This document shows positions 48,240-59,210 of a DNA stretch of 64,000 bases, piece by piece. Numbering within the stretch: the first letter of the stretch is position 1; each line of letters begins with the position of its first letter. The stretch spans positions 45,680,150 through 45,744,149 of the forward strand of contig NC_092379.1 in the NCBI RefSeq assembly GCF_030028105.1. The letters are read 5' to 3'. The DNA comes from Mobula birostris. Taxonomy: Eukaryota. The translations under genes and the position numbers were made by a program. The notes beneath the pieces are model-generated. The model did not search any database and had not been told where the DNA came from. It worked only from the letters and a program-made list of their open reading frames with translations.

Positions 48240-49335
48240 GCACACAGAATGCTGAAGGAATTCGGCAGGTCAGGCAGCGTTTATGATAGATGTTTCAAAC
48301 CGATGGAGGAAAGAAGCCAGAATAACAAGGTTGTGAAAAGAGAAGGAATATAAGCTGGCAGGTTACAGAAGAAAACAGATGAGAGGCATAGTGGATAGGA
48401 AGGTGATAAAAGATGAGTAAGAAACTACGAGGTGAAAGGTGGAGAAGATAAAGGGTTGAAGAAGACTTCTGTAGCATTTTACTTGAAGAAGAAGTGTTTA
48501 TGTGATTACCTCGTCCACTCTTCCCTCCCACTGATCTCCCTCTTGGTGCATTTTTCTACAAGAGGTACACCCGACTCTGCTACTCCTTGTTCCACGCAAG
48601 TATCTAGAGCTCCAAACCATTCTTCCATGTATGGTGACACTTCACCTACGAGTCCATATGGGCTTTCTACGATATCTGGAGCTCACGATGAAGCCTCCTC
48701 ACATCAATGTGATTCGATGTAGATTCTGGGGAGTGCTCCGTCGAGAACCTTTGCTCCATCCGCCAGGATTTCACGGTGGCTACTCATTTCAATTCGACTT
48801 CTCATTCTGACAGGTCTGCCATGGCCCCCTGTACTGCCACAATGAAGGTACACTCAGGTTGGAGAAGCAACTCCTCCTCCTCGGTAGCCTTTAACTTGAT
48901 GTCAGGAACACCGATTTCTGATAATTTCTGGTAATTTCTCCCCACATGCTCTCCTTCTCTCTTTTTCAGTCCCCCCCTTCTAGTTCCGCTCTCACGCTTT
49001 CTCTTCTTCACACCAGCCTCGGCTCTCTTCCTTCACAGTTTCCATGGTCCACCGTCCCTCCCTTTCAGACTGCTTGAGTCTCCTTCCTCTTCAGTCCTTC
49101 ACCTCTTCCATCTACATTTTCCCAGCTTTTCACTTCATCAACCCCTCACCCCCCCCCAACTGCTTCCTTACCTGGTCTTAACTATCAATTGCCAGCTTGT
49201 ACTCATTCCCCTCCCCCTTCCTTTCGACACTTGATGAAAGTTTTTGGCCGGAAACATGGAGTGCTTATTCCTCTCCATAGACGCTGCCTGACCTGCTGAG
49301 TTCCTCCAGCATTTTGTATCTGTTACGTAGGCTAG
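48240..49335. mobile_element. Penelope-like element: inverted pLTR plus decayed GIY-YIG region and pLTR
   Basis: Minus pLTR at about 48240-48440, then + strand FT.ES..YC..CS / VATHFNS / ..LRLE.Q.L remnants and a pLTR with a degenerate hammerhead at about 49229-49256. Confidence 0.7.
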
Positions 49336-49549
49336 GAGGTCCAGGCGACTGAAGACCGGCACTCCCCTTTTTAAGAACAGCTCCTACCCCTCCACATTTA
49401 GATTTCTGAACGACAACACAATAGTTTAGACAATTTCAAAACACTGTTCAAGCTTTGTAATTAGACACATGGATGATCGCACTTGCTTGTCATAGGAACG
49501 CGTGAAACAGTGCACAGTATAATTCAATGTATTAATTTGGTAAAATCGT

Positions 49550-52340
49550 AAGTTGATTTATTATTGCCACATATACTGAGGTACAGTACAAACCTTGTAT
49601 AGCACATCGTCCATACAGATTAATTCATTGCAACAATGTGTTAGGCTAATACAAAATAAAACATGAGGGGTGCAGAAAAAAGTGTTGCACGACACAGAAC
49701 GCCAATAGTAAATAAAGGGCAAAGTCACAAAGAGGCAGATGGTGAGATCTAGAGTCCTTCTCATTCACCACTCTTATAACAGTGAGATAGAAGTTCTTCT
49801 TGAACCTGGTATCTTCTGTCCAGTGGGATAATGGAGATGATAGCATGCCTGGGCGGGGGGGGGGGGGGGGGTAATTAATTATGTTGGTTGCTTTGCTGAG
49901 AGGGTGACACATATGGACAGCGTCCAAAGAGGGGAAGCTGATTCACGTCATGTGCTGAGCTGCATCCACAACTCCCTGCAGTTTCTTGAGGTCACGTGTA
50001 GAGCATTGCCATTCCAAGCCGCATTACATCCAGCCAGCATGCTTTCTATAATGCTTCGATAAAAGCTGGCAAAATGAACGTGGAGATACCAAATTCCTTT
50101 GTCCTGCGGAGGAAGTAGAGGTGTTGCTGAGCTTTCTTGGCCTGGCGTTTAGATAGTTAGACCAGGAAGTCTATTGGCTATGTTCTACTTTAGGAACGTA
50201 AAGCTCTCAATCGTCTCGTCAACAGTTGGTGTAGAGAGGAGCATGTCCACCTTCTCCCTTTCTGAAGTAAATAACCAATTCGTTTGTTTTGTTGTTGTTG
50301 AGGGAAATGTTGTCGTGATTCCATGCCACTAAGCTCTCTATCTCCTTCATGTTCTCGGACGTCAAAATCTCAGAGTGCAGTCTCCTGATCGTTAAATCTC
50401 CGACTATCTATTCCGGGCTCGACATAGTGATGCAATCACGAAGAAAGCACACTGGCGGCCATACTTCATTAGGACTTCCGGGAGATTTGGAATGCTGCCA
50501 AAGACTGGAGCAAATTTCTACATGTGTACCGTGGAGAGCATTAGGACTGGTTGCATTACCGGCTGGTATGAAGGCTCCGATGCAAAAGATCGAAAGAGGT
50601 TGCACATGTTTGTTGATGCAGCCAGCTCTATCGTGGGCAAAGGATTCCCTGCCATTGAAAACATCTTCAAAAGACTGCATCTCGAGAAGACTCCATCCAT
50701 CAACCCTCATCGTTGTGACATGAATTTTCATTACTAACATCAGGGTGAAGTATAGGAACCTAAAGATGCACACCACACTCAAGGTTTCAGGAACAGATTT
50801 GTCCACTCCTCAGTCTGATTTCTGAACAGCCTATTAACTTATAAACATTATCTTACTATGTCTCTTTCCCAATATTTATTTATCTTATTTTTATCGTAAC
50901 TTGTGGTTTCTTGTATGCCTTGTACAATTTCATTGCCACTGTGACGTAAACGTCAAAAATGAATATCAATCGAGGCAGGTTATATAAAAATAACCAAACA
51001 TTTATTAAACACGGATAAACGATAAGGAAAAAAAAAAACAAACGAAAACATTAACCGGAAGTTATCAGATATGCAGCGGTTCACCAACTCGCCATTCGGC
51101 TCTGGATCTTAAAGCGTTAAATGCGAAAACAGTTCTTAAAGCGATACAGTCAGAAATAGTTCTTAAAGCGCTAACTTCGAAAGTCCAACAGATTTACACG
51201 TTCAATTGGGAGAGACTTCCCTGGAGAAGGATTTCTTCACAGACACAGCTTTACTGCTGGTTCTGTCCACAGGATTCACGATGCCGAAAATAAACAGTTT
51301 AAATCAACTGACCTTAAATTCCTTTAGAGAGAGAGCACTTTTTTGCATGAACTACTTTTACCTTTTGGCAAGAGTTATCAGCGATGCAGGTAGCTACTCC
51401 TCCAATGTAGCCTCAATAAGGTCGATCCTTTATTAAACTGCCAAACGATGCCGACTCCTCTTGATCCTTCGATCCTGTACTTCGATAAATTCTTCACTCT
51501 CACTTCTACTGTTGGAATTGGGTAAATCAACACACCTAGCAAATATTTCCAGTCCAATAAGATGGTATCTTGCATCAAAACGCACACTCCGTTTTAAAAA
51601 TGAAACCTCGTCACAAAAACAAACACGCAACAGAAACCGAGATACAGCACTTCTACCTGGAAATCTACAGACTCGAAAACTCCCTGCGTCACCTGGGCCG
51701 ACCCTTATATAGTCATGGGACACATGTTATCACGTGACCTCACATCGGCGGGAAAATCACATCAGGTGACCTCCAAAAGACCATTACATCATTCTCACAA
51801 AACAACACAGATCTCCTTGAGCATGTAACACCGCAAAATAACAAATCTCACGACATCTGGTAATGTTATTAAACGTAATTCTGACTTTGATTCAGATTTC
51901 TGAACTCCGACTCATCGTTATTTGAGATGCGGTCCACCACGGTGGTATCATCTGTAAACTTGTGGATGTGGTTAGAACGGAATCTGGTTACGTAGTCGCA
52001 GGGAATACAGTAAACGGCTGAGGACAAGACATCGTTGACCACCCGTGTTTGGAATGATCATGGCGGAGATGTTGCTGCCTGTCCTTACAGCTGTGGTCTG
52101 TATCCAGTCTCAGAGCAGAGCGAAGCTCTGACTTCCAGGGTCTAGAGTTTAGTGTTGAATTTCTTTGGAATAATTGCATTGAAGGCAAGCTATACATAAT
52201 AAACATAGTCTGACGTAGGTATCTGTGTTGTAGAGATGCTCCAGGGATGAGTTTAGGCCCAGGGTGATGGCGTTTTTTTTATAGACCAGTAGGCAAATTA
52301 TGGTGAATCGATGTTGACTGGCAAATTCGGAGATGTTGTG
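49550..52340. mobile_element. Rex1/Babar LINE fragments in both orientations (host of the 50940 LTR)
   Basis: CTVESIRTGCITGWY, LPAIENIFKR and TTCTGA-type tails. Confidence 0.7.
50940..51830 (-). mobile_element. Solo LTR (891 bp)
   Basis: TGTGAC...GTAACA termini and a 4-bp TSD CCAC/CCGC (one mismatch). The minus strand has TATATAAG at about 51704-51711 and AATAAA about 60 nt from its 3' end. The Rex 3' UTR continues on both sides. Confidence 0.8.
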
Positions 52341-53143
52341 TGCCCTGACAAGCCACTCAAGCACATCATGGTCAGACATTAACAGTTGTTAAGGACCGTT
52401 ATCTAATTTTTTTTTGATTGTTTTTATTTATTTTTAGATGTGGGTTACTAACATGATAGTGTCTTCTTAATGCAGGAGGGAAACACAACCTGGAACGGGG
52501 AGAGGTTAAGATATTTGGAAGTATGCCAACCAGTTGATCCTCACAAGATCTCAGGACAGGGTCAGGGACAATACCAGGAAGACTGATCTTACATTCATCT
52601 TGATGTCTGTAGGTTCAGGTGCACTGGAGACTGTCAGGGGTGATGGTGATCGATTCGTTCGCTTCTGCTCAAAACATGTATGGAAGGTGATAAGCTCATT
52701 TTCGATTAAGTGTTACCTGAATATGATTGAATGCAAATGATATGAAGAGACAGTACAACTTCAGGTTAACATTGCATCATATGGTACTACATTCAGATAA
52801 AGTGATGAATATACCAGCTCCTTTATATCTGAGATATAATGATCAGATGCTGATTGGAAACGTACAAAGAATATGAGCCCATTAATATTCTTCCCAAAAT
52901 GTTTCTCACACTCACGCAGGAGTTATTGCAGAATACAGCCCTTTCATATTCCTGTATTATTGCTCTTGCATATGTATGTAATGGTTCGACTATTGTGCGT
53001 ACCACAGCAGAAATGTCTGCAACTAAGAAAGAACCCAATGATTTACAAACGAAAATTATGTGTTAATTCATGCTTTTGACCATACCACCTGGTTGTCTCT
53101 TTCCCTCAATCTCTGATTCACAGGTGGTGTTCTGTCATTGCAG

Positions 53144-53152
53144 GTGAACTAG
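53144..53152 (+). other. Paralogous TM2-like exon (GTG AAC TAG = VN*), orphan or alternative last exon
   Basis: GTGTTCTGTCATTGCAG|GTGAACTAG is 22/26 identical to 20448-20473 and sits in a multi-kb paralogous block. Confidence 0.65.
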
Positions 53153-54610
53153 TGGATGCCGAACCAGAAGAAATGTTAAATACTGAAACATCCCCTCTGC
53201 AAATATATAACGACTTTGATTCACTTTCTCCCAACCTTTTGATTCGGCATTGTCAGTTGCTGTTGGGTGGACTTTTACAATAACAGTGACAGCAAAATAT
53301 GTCCTTTATAATAAGAAATGGTGAGGGGAAATTTTCGTGGGACATATTGGAAACTGATTCTATTGTGAAAGAATTCAATTATCCTTTGAGTAGAGCATTG
53401 TAATTTCGCACTCTGAAAGAAAGCCCATGTTTAAAAGACTGCCTCTCTTAATATGCAAAGTAATATATTAATATGAACAAGTAATCGTTAGGAAATACTA
53501 GACATCGAGTTTTAATGTGTTCCTCCGTTAGCTGGTTTTATTTTTGCATCTGTAATTACATATCAAAATAGAGTTTGATACGCGAAGGTAATTTCAGGAA
53601 TTTTTAGTTTTCCTGGAAAGTAACCACATGATCCCATTTAAGTCCTTCTCTGGGGTAGTATTTAAGAAACGAATATATTAATTGTTCCTTTTGTTTGTTC
53701 TTATCAGCAATTTGTGAGTGTTGGTGTTATTGACACTTCCCAAAACTTCTCTCGCACTCACGCACAAGGTATTACAGAATCGCATCATTTCTATAAACGA
53801 CCTCGAGTAACACATCCCAGCTGCGACTTCCGTTCTCCAGTTGAGAACATTTTTTCTACATGAGACCTAAATGCTTCGCTGAATTATGAAGAAGTTGGTC
53901 AATGTATAATAAGTTGTATTTTAAAGTAATTCCAATGTGAAATATATGCTGAGAATTGTAGAATAAATAGATAAGATTCAAGTGTGCCGTGGTAGAGCAT
54001 AAGCAGTTGAGGGCAAAAGATTAGCAACGGATATATTGTGTTGATATCACAACACGTTACGTTACAGTGTGTTCTCTATGAAAACTGTTATCAGGATTTT
54101 ACTGAGGCTTTCAATGGAAATAGTCCCACCCTGCTTCTCGACCGTCCTAGACTCAAAAGCTTCAAGCTTTTTCCGGATATTGATAACAGTCGGAATCACA
54201 TGATGGGCATAGGTTGTCATGTTCCCAGTGGCCGATAAAAGGCATTACCGTGACTCCAGAATTACATGGCAACACACATTGTAATGAAAATCTAGCAGAA
54301 AATACATGCCTTTCTCTACTCTTTGTTCACACTTTCAATTTCCAGAATTACTTAGTGACTGGAAAAAAAACACATCCTGCAGATGTGTTTGGTGGAGAGC
54401 ACATCCCGTCAGTGCAGTAACATGATTCATCCATGTAAGTCCGAATCAAAGGCTTAAATCTCCGAAAGAAATCAGAAGAAGCTGCATCAGAACCTGAATG
54501 ACGCAAATTCCTGTGATTACCATCAGGTTGTTGTTCTCCTTCAATTTCACCTGTGAAGCCTGAGTTTTGCGCAATCATAACATTGCAAATTAATTGAAGC
54601 TATGAAGTTT

Positions 54611-54933
54611 CGTTGAAGTGTTGAAGTGTTGGCGCCTGGCCAAATGGTTAAGGCATTCGTCTAGTGATTTGAAGGTCGCTAGTTCGAGCCTTGGCTGAGG
54701 CAGCGTGTGTGTCCTTGAGCAAGGCACTTAACCACACATTGCTCTGCGACAACACTGGTGCCAAGCTGTATGGGTCCTAATGCCCTTCCCTTGAACAACA
54801 TCAGTGGAGAGGGGAGACTTGCAGCATGGGCAACTGCTGGTCTTCCGTACAACCTTGCCCAGGCCTGCGCCCTGGAAACTTTCCAAGGTGCAAATCCATG
54901 GTCTCATGAGACTAACAGATGCCTATAAATATA
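54611..54933 (+). mobile_element. tRNA-derived SINE with CORE-like central motif
   Basis: A-box-like TGGCCAAATGGTTAAGG, B-box-like GTTCGAGCC, central GTGTCCTTGAGCAAGGCACTTAACC, and a 9-bp TSD ATGAAGTTT (54602-54610 and 54934-54942). Confidence 0.8.
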
Positions 54934-56169
54934 ATGAAGTTTTGTTACTGCTATATTGACATGTCAAGTATAATTAAGTCATGGGCAATTACATTTGGAT
55001 CACGTCTATTTCTACATCAGTTATATTTCATCACCTTAATTTCATATATACTGATATCTTTTGCCGTCAAGGCGGAACTTACTTAGTTGATTCTTCCGAG
55101 GGCCTAAAGTCATGGGAATAACAAAGGCTTTCTTCAACAGATTATATCCTGTCAGTGATCTGAATAATAACATTTTCCTTACTTGTAGTAAATTCCTGCT
55201 AGAATGTCAACAAAGAGAATGCAATAAAATTGTTCAATGCAGATTGATTTTTAACCGAAAATTCTGGTTTAAGACTAATGCACCTCCGCATGCATTTAAA
55301 CTTTGATTGATATTAGTCAAACTTTCCACAATAATAATTAAAGCTGTAAGGTGTATATTTTTTTTTTAAAGCAAGGTGACGATTTAATTCATTCATGCAA
55401 CAGTGAAACTAAGATCCTAAAGACTAAGGATCAATCGAATTATCTTGCATCTTGCCAACGATTGGGTCTGCTGCTGAAGTAACCAAAAGTATTACATCGT
55501 TGAAATAAATTTGAATGATGATTATTACAAAAGGATTGCTGCTGCTGTGTCTTCGCAACAAAGTTAATCACTTTCATTAATGTATTCATACTTTACTAAC
55601 AAAGAAATCTAATCGGTAACTGTCCTCACAGATATTGCAACACAAATGCACGAAATAAAATTAATTTTATTTTCATCAAAGTGAAAGGGCAGCGTTGTGA
55701 GCTAAATTGTGTAAATTACTGATAATGTCGCGCTTCATAATTTAGAATCTTGTTGAGATAAAGACATCAGTTTATTTACCTTGCGAGTTAGACTTGTGGA
55801 GTTCAAATAAAAGCATTCCACTCCTCTAGTCATTTTCTCTGCCTGCTGGATGCTCTCACATGTAAATCTATCCAAATCTTTGAAATCACTCCAAAATTCA
55901 AATGTTCGAAGTACATTTATTATTAAACAATGTATACATTCTACAGCCTTGAGACTCGTCACCTGAGAGGCAGCCACGAAACAAAGAAAGGCAAAAAAGA
56001 AGACCGTCAAACACCCAATGCATCACTACGTTCGGATATGGCCTAACTGCGGAGCGAGACACTGAAGCAGGTCGATAGTTCACAGACTTTAATGCGAACA
56101 GAGTTTGCGGGAAAAGAAAATAATAAACGCTGGGCCAATCAGGGCCATTAACTAAAACTCTGAAATAGA

Positions 56170-59100
56170 AAACGAAACCAACACTGCGGTTGAGAGGAAT
56201 AACTAAATATAAAATGAATACCGCTAGTCTTTAGAGTCAGTCTGCAAGGGAGATGGGACCCAGAGCGACAGAGCAGTGAAAGAGGTGCATGGAGTAAAGC
56301 CAGATCTAATATATAGAGAGGCTTTGAGGAAAGAGAAGCAGAATAAACGGTGTAAAGGCAGTAAGGTAGAAGGGCTGAAGTGTGTGTACCTCAATGCAAG
56401 AAACATCAGGAACAAAGGTGATGAACTGAGATCTTGGATACATACATGGAATTATGATGTAGTGGCCATTATAGAGACTTGGCTGGCACCAAAGCAAGAA
56501 TGGATTCTCAATATTCCTGGATTTCAGTACTTTAAAGGGGATAGAGAGGGCGGGAAAAGGGAAAGAGGGGTGGCATTGCTGGTCAGGGATACGATTACAG
56601 CTGCAGAAAGGGTGGGTAATGTAGCAGGATCCTCTTTTGAGTGAGTACGTTTGGAAGTCAGGAACAGGAAGGGAACATTTACTCTACTGGGGGTATTCTA
56701 TAGGCCCCCTGGTAGCTGCAGAGATACAGAAGAGCAGATTGGGAGGCAGATTTTGGAAAGGTGCAAAAATAACAGGGTTGTTATCATAGGTGACTTTAAC
56801 TTCCCTAATATTGATTGCCACCTGATTAGTTCCAAGGGTTTAGATGGGGCAGAGTTTGTTAAATGTGTCCAGGATGGATTCCTGTCACAGTATGTGGGCA
56901 GGCCGACTAGGGGGAATGCCATACTAGATCTAGTACTTGGTAATGAAGCGAGTCAGGTCAGAGATCTCTCAGTGGTTGAGCATCTGGGGGACAGTGACCA
57001 CCTCTCCCTGGCCTTTAGCATTATCATGGAAAAGGATAGAATCAGAGAGGACAGGAAAATTTTAATTGGGGAAGGGCAAACTATGAGGCTATAAGGCTAG
57101 AACTTGCGGGTGTGATTTGGGAAGATGTTTTTGCACGGAAATGTACTATGGACAAGTGGGAGATGCTCAGAGATCTCTTGCAGGATGTCAGGGATAACTT
57201 TGTCCCGGTGAGGAAGATAAAGAATGGTAAGTTGAAGGAACCATGTGTGACAAGTGAGGTGGAAAATCTAGTCAGGTGGAAGAAGGCAGCATGCACGAGG
57301 TCTAGGAAGCAAGGATCAAATGAGTCTATTGAGGAATATAGGGAATCAGGAAAGCAGCTTAAGAAGGGGCTGAGAAGAGCAAGAAGGGGACATGAGAAGG
57401 CGTTGGCGAGTAGGGTAAAGGAACAGCTCAAGTCATTCTTCAATTATGTGAAGAAAAAAAAGGATGACAGGAGTGAAGGTAGGACCGTATAGAGATAAAG
57501 ATGGGAAGATGTGCCAGGAGGCTTTGGAATTGAGCGAGGTCCTGAATTAATACTTCTCTTCGGTATTCAAGAATGAGAGGGAACTTGATGATGGTGAGGA
57601 TAATACGAGTGAGGTTGATATTCTGGTGCATATTGATATTAAGGGAGAGGAGGTGTTGGAGTTGTTCAAATACATTAGGACGGATAAGTCCCCGGGGCCT
57701 GAAGGAATATTCCCCAGGCTGCTCCACGAGGCGAGGGAAGAGATTGCTGAGCCTCTGGCGAGGATCTCTATGTCCTCGTTGTCCACGGGAATGGTATCCG
57801 AGGATTGGAGGGAGGCGAATGTTGTCCCCTTGTTGAAAGCAGTTAGTAGGGATAGTCCGGGTAATTATAGACCAGTAAGCCTTACGTCTGTGGTGGGAAA
57901 GCTGTTGGAAAAGATTCTTAGAGATAGGATCTCTGGGCATTTAGAAAATCATGGTCTGATCAGAGACAGTCAGCATGGCTTTGTGAACGGCAGATCGTGT
58001 CTAACAAGCCTGATAGAGTTCTTTGAGGAGGTGACCAGGCATATAGATGAGGATAGTGCAGTGGATGTGATCTATATGGATTTTAGTAAGGCATTTGACA
58101 AGGTTCCACATGGTAGGTTTATCCAGAAAGTCCAGAGGGCATGGGATCCAGGGAAGTTTGGCCACGTGGATTCAGAATTGGCTTGCCTGCAAAAGGCAGA
58201 GCGTCGTGGTGGAGGGAGTATATTTAGATTAGAGGATTGTGACTAGTGGTGTCCCACAAGGATCTGTTCTGGGATCTCAACTTTTCGTAATTTTTATTAA
58301 CGACCTAGATGTGGGGGTAGAAGGGTAGGTTGGCAAGTTTGCAAAGGTTGGTGGTATTGTAGGTAGTGTAGAGGATTGTCAAAGATTGCAGAGAGACATT
58401 GATATGATTCAGAAGTGGGCTGAGAAGTGGCAGATGGAGTTCAACCCGGAGAAGTGTGAGGTGGTACACTTTGGAAGGACAAACTCCAAGGCAGATTACA
58501 AAGTAAATGGCAGGATACTTGGTAGTGTGAAGGAGCAGAGAGATCTCCGGGTACATGTCCACAGATCCCTGAAAGTTGCCTCATAGCTGGATAGGGTAGT
58601 TAAGAAAGCTTATGTGGTGTTAGCTTTCATAAGTCGACGGATAGAGTTTAAGAGTCGCGATGTAATGATGCAGCTCTGTAAGACACTTGTTAGGCCACAC
58701 TTGGAGTACTGTATCTAGTTCTGGTCGCCTCACTATGGGAAGGATGTGGAAGCATTGGAAAGGGTACAGAGGAAATTTACCAGAATTCTGCCTGGTTTAG
58801 AGAGTATGCATTATGATCACAGATTAAGGGAGCTAGAGCTTTACTCTTTGGAGAGAAGGAGGATGAGAGGAGACATGACAGAGGTGTACAAGATAATAAG
58901 AGGAATAGATAGAGTGGATAACCAGCGCCTCTTCCCCAGGGCACCACTGCTCAATACAGGAGGACGTGGCTTTAAGGTAGGGGGTGGGAAGTTCAAGAGG
59001 AATATTAGAGGAATGTTTTTTAGTCAGACAGTGTTGGTGCGTGGAATGCGCTGTCAGTGGTGGAGGCAGATACACTAGTGAAGTATAAGAGACTACTAGA

Positions 59101-59210
59101 CAGGTATATGGAGGAATTTAAGGTGGGGGCTTATATGGGAGGCGGGGTTTGAGGGTCGGTACAACATTGTGGGCCGAAGAGCCTGTACTGTGCTGTACTA
59201 TTCTATGTTC
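56170..59210 (+). mobile_element. CR1 LINE with almost complete but disrupted ORF2 and 3' tail
   Basis: CVYLNARNIRNKGDELR..AIIETW, GDFNFP, SDH and RT QHGF..DFSKAFDKV, with several stops and frameshifts. Tail TACTATTCTATGTTC ends at 59210. Confidence 0.92.

Noticed and set aside
53229-53324. Frame reading SQPFDSALSVAVGWTFTITVTAKYVLYNKKW, faintly like a TCR transmembrane segment
   Set aside because: It lacks the conserved TM Arg/Lys spacing and a suitable acceptor, and it lies in sequence paralogous to the non-coding TM 3' UTR.
54631-54705. tRNA-like sequence
   Set aside because: It is the head of a SINE with a body, tail and TSD, and it does not fold as a complete cloverleaf.
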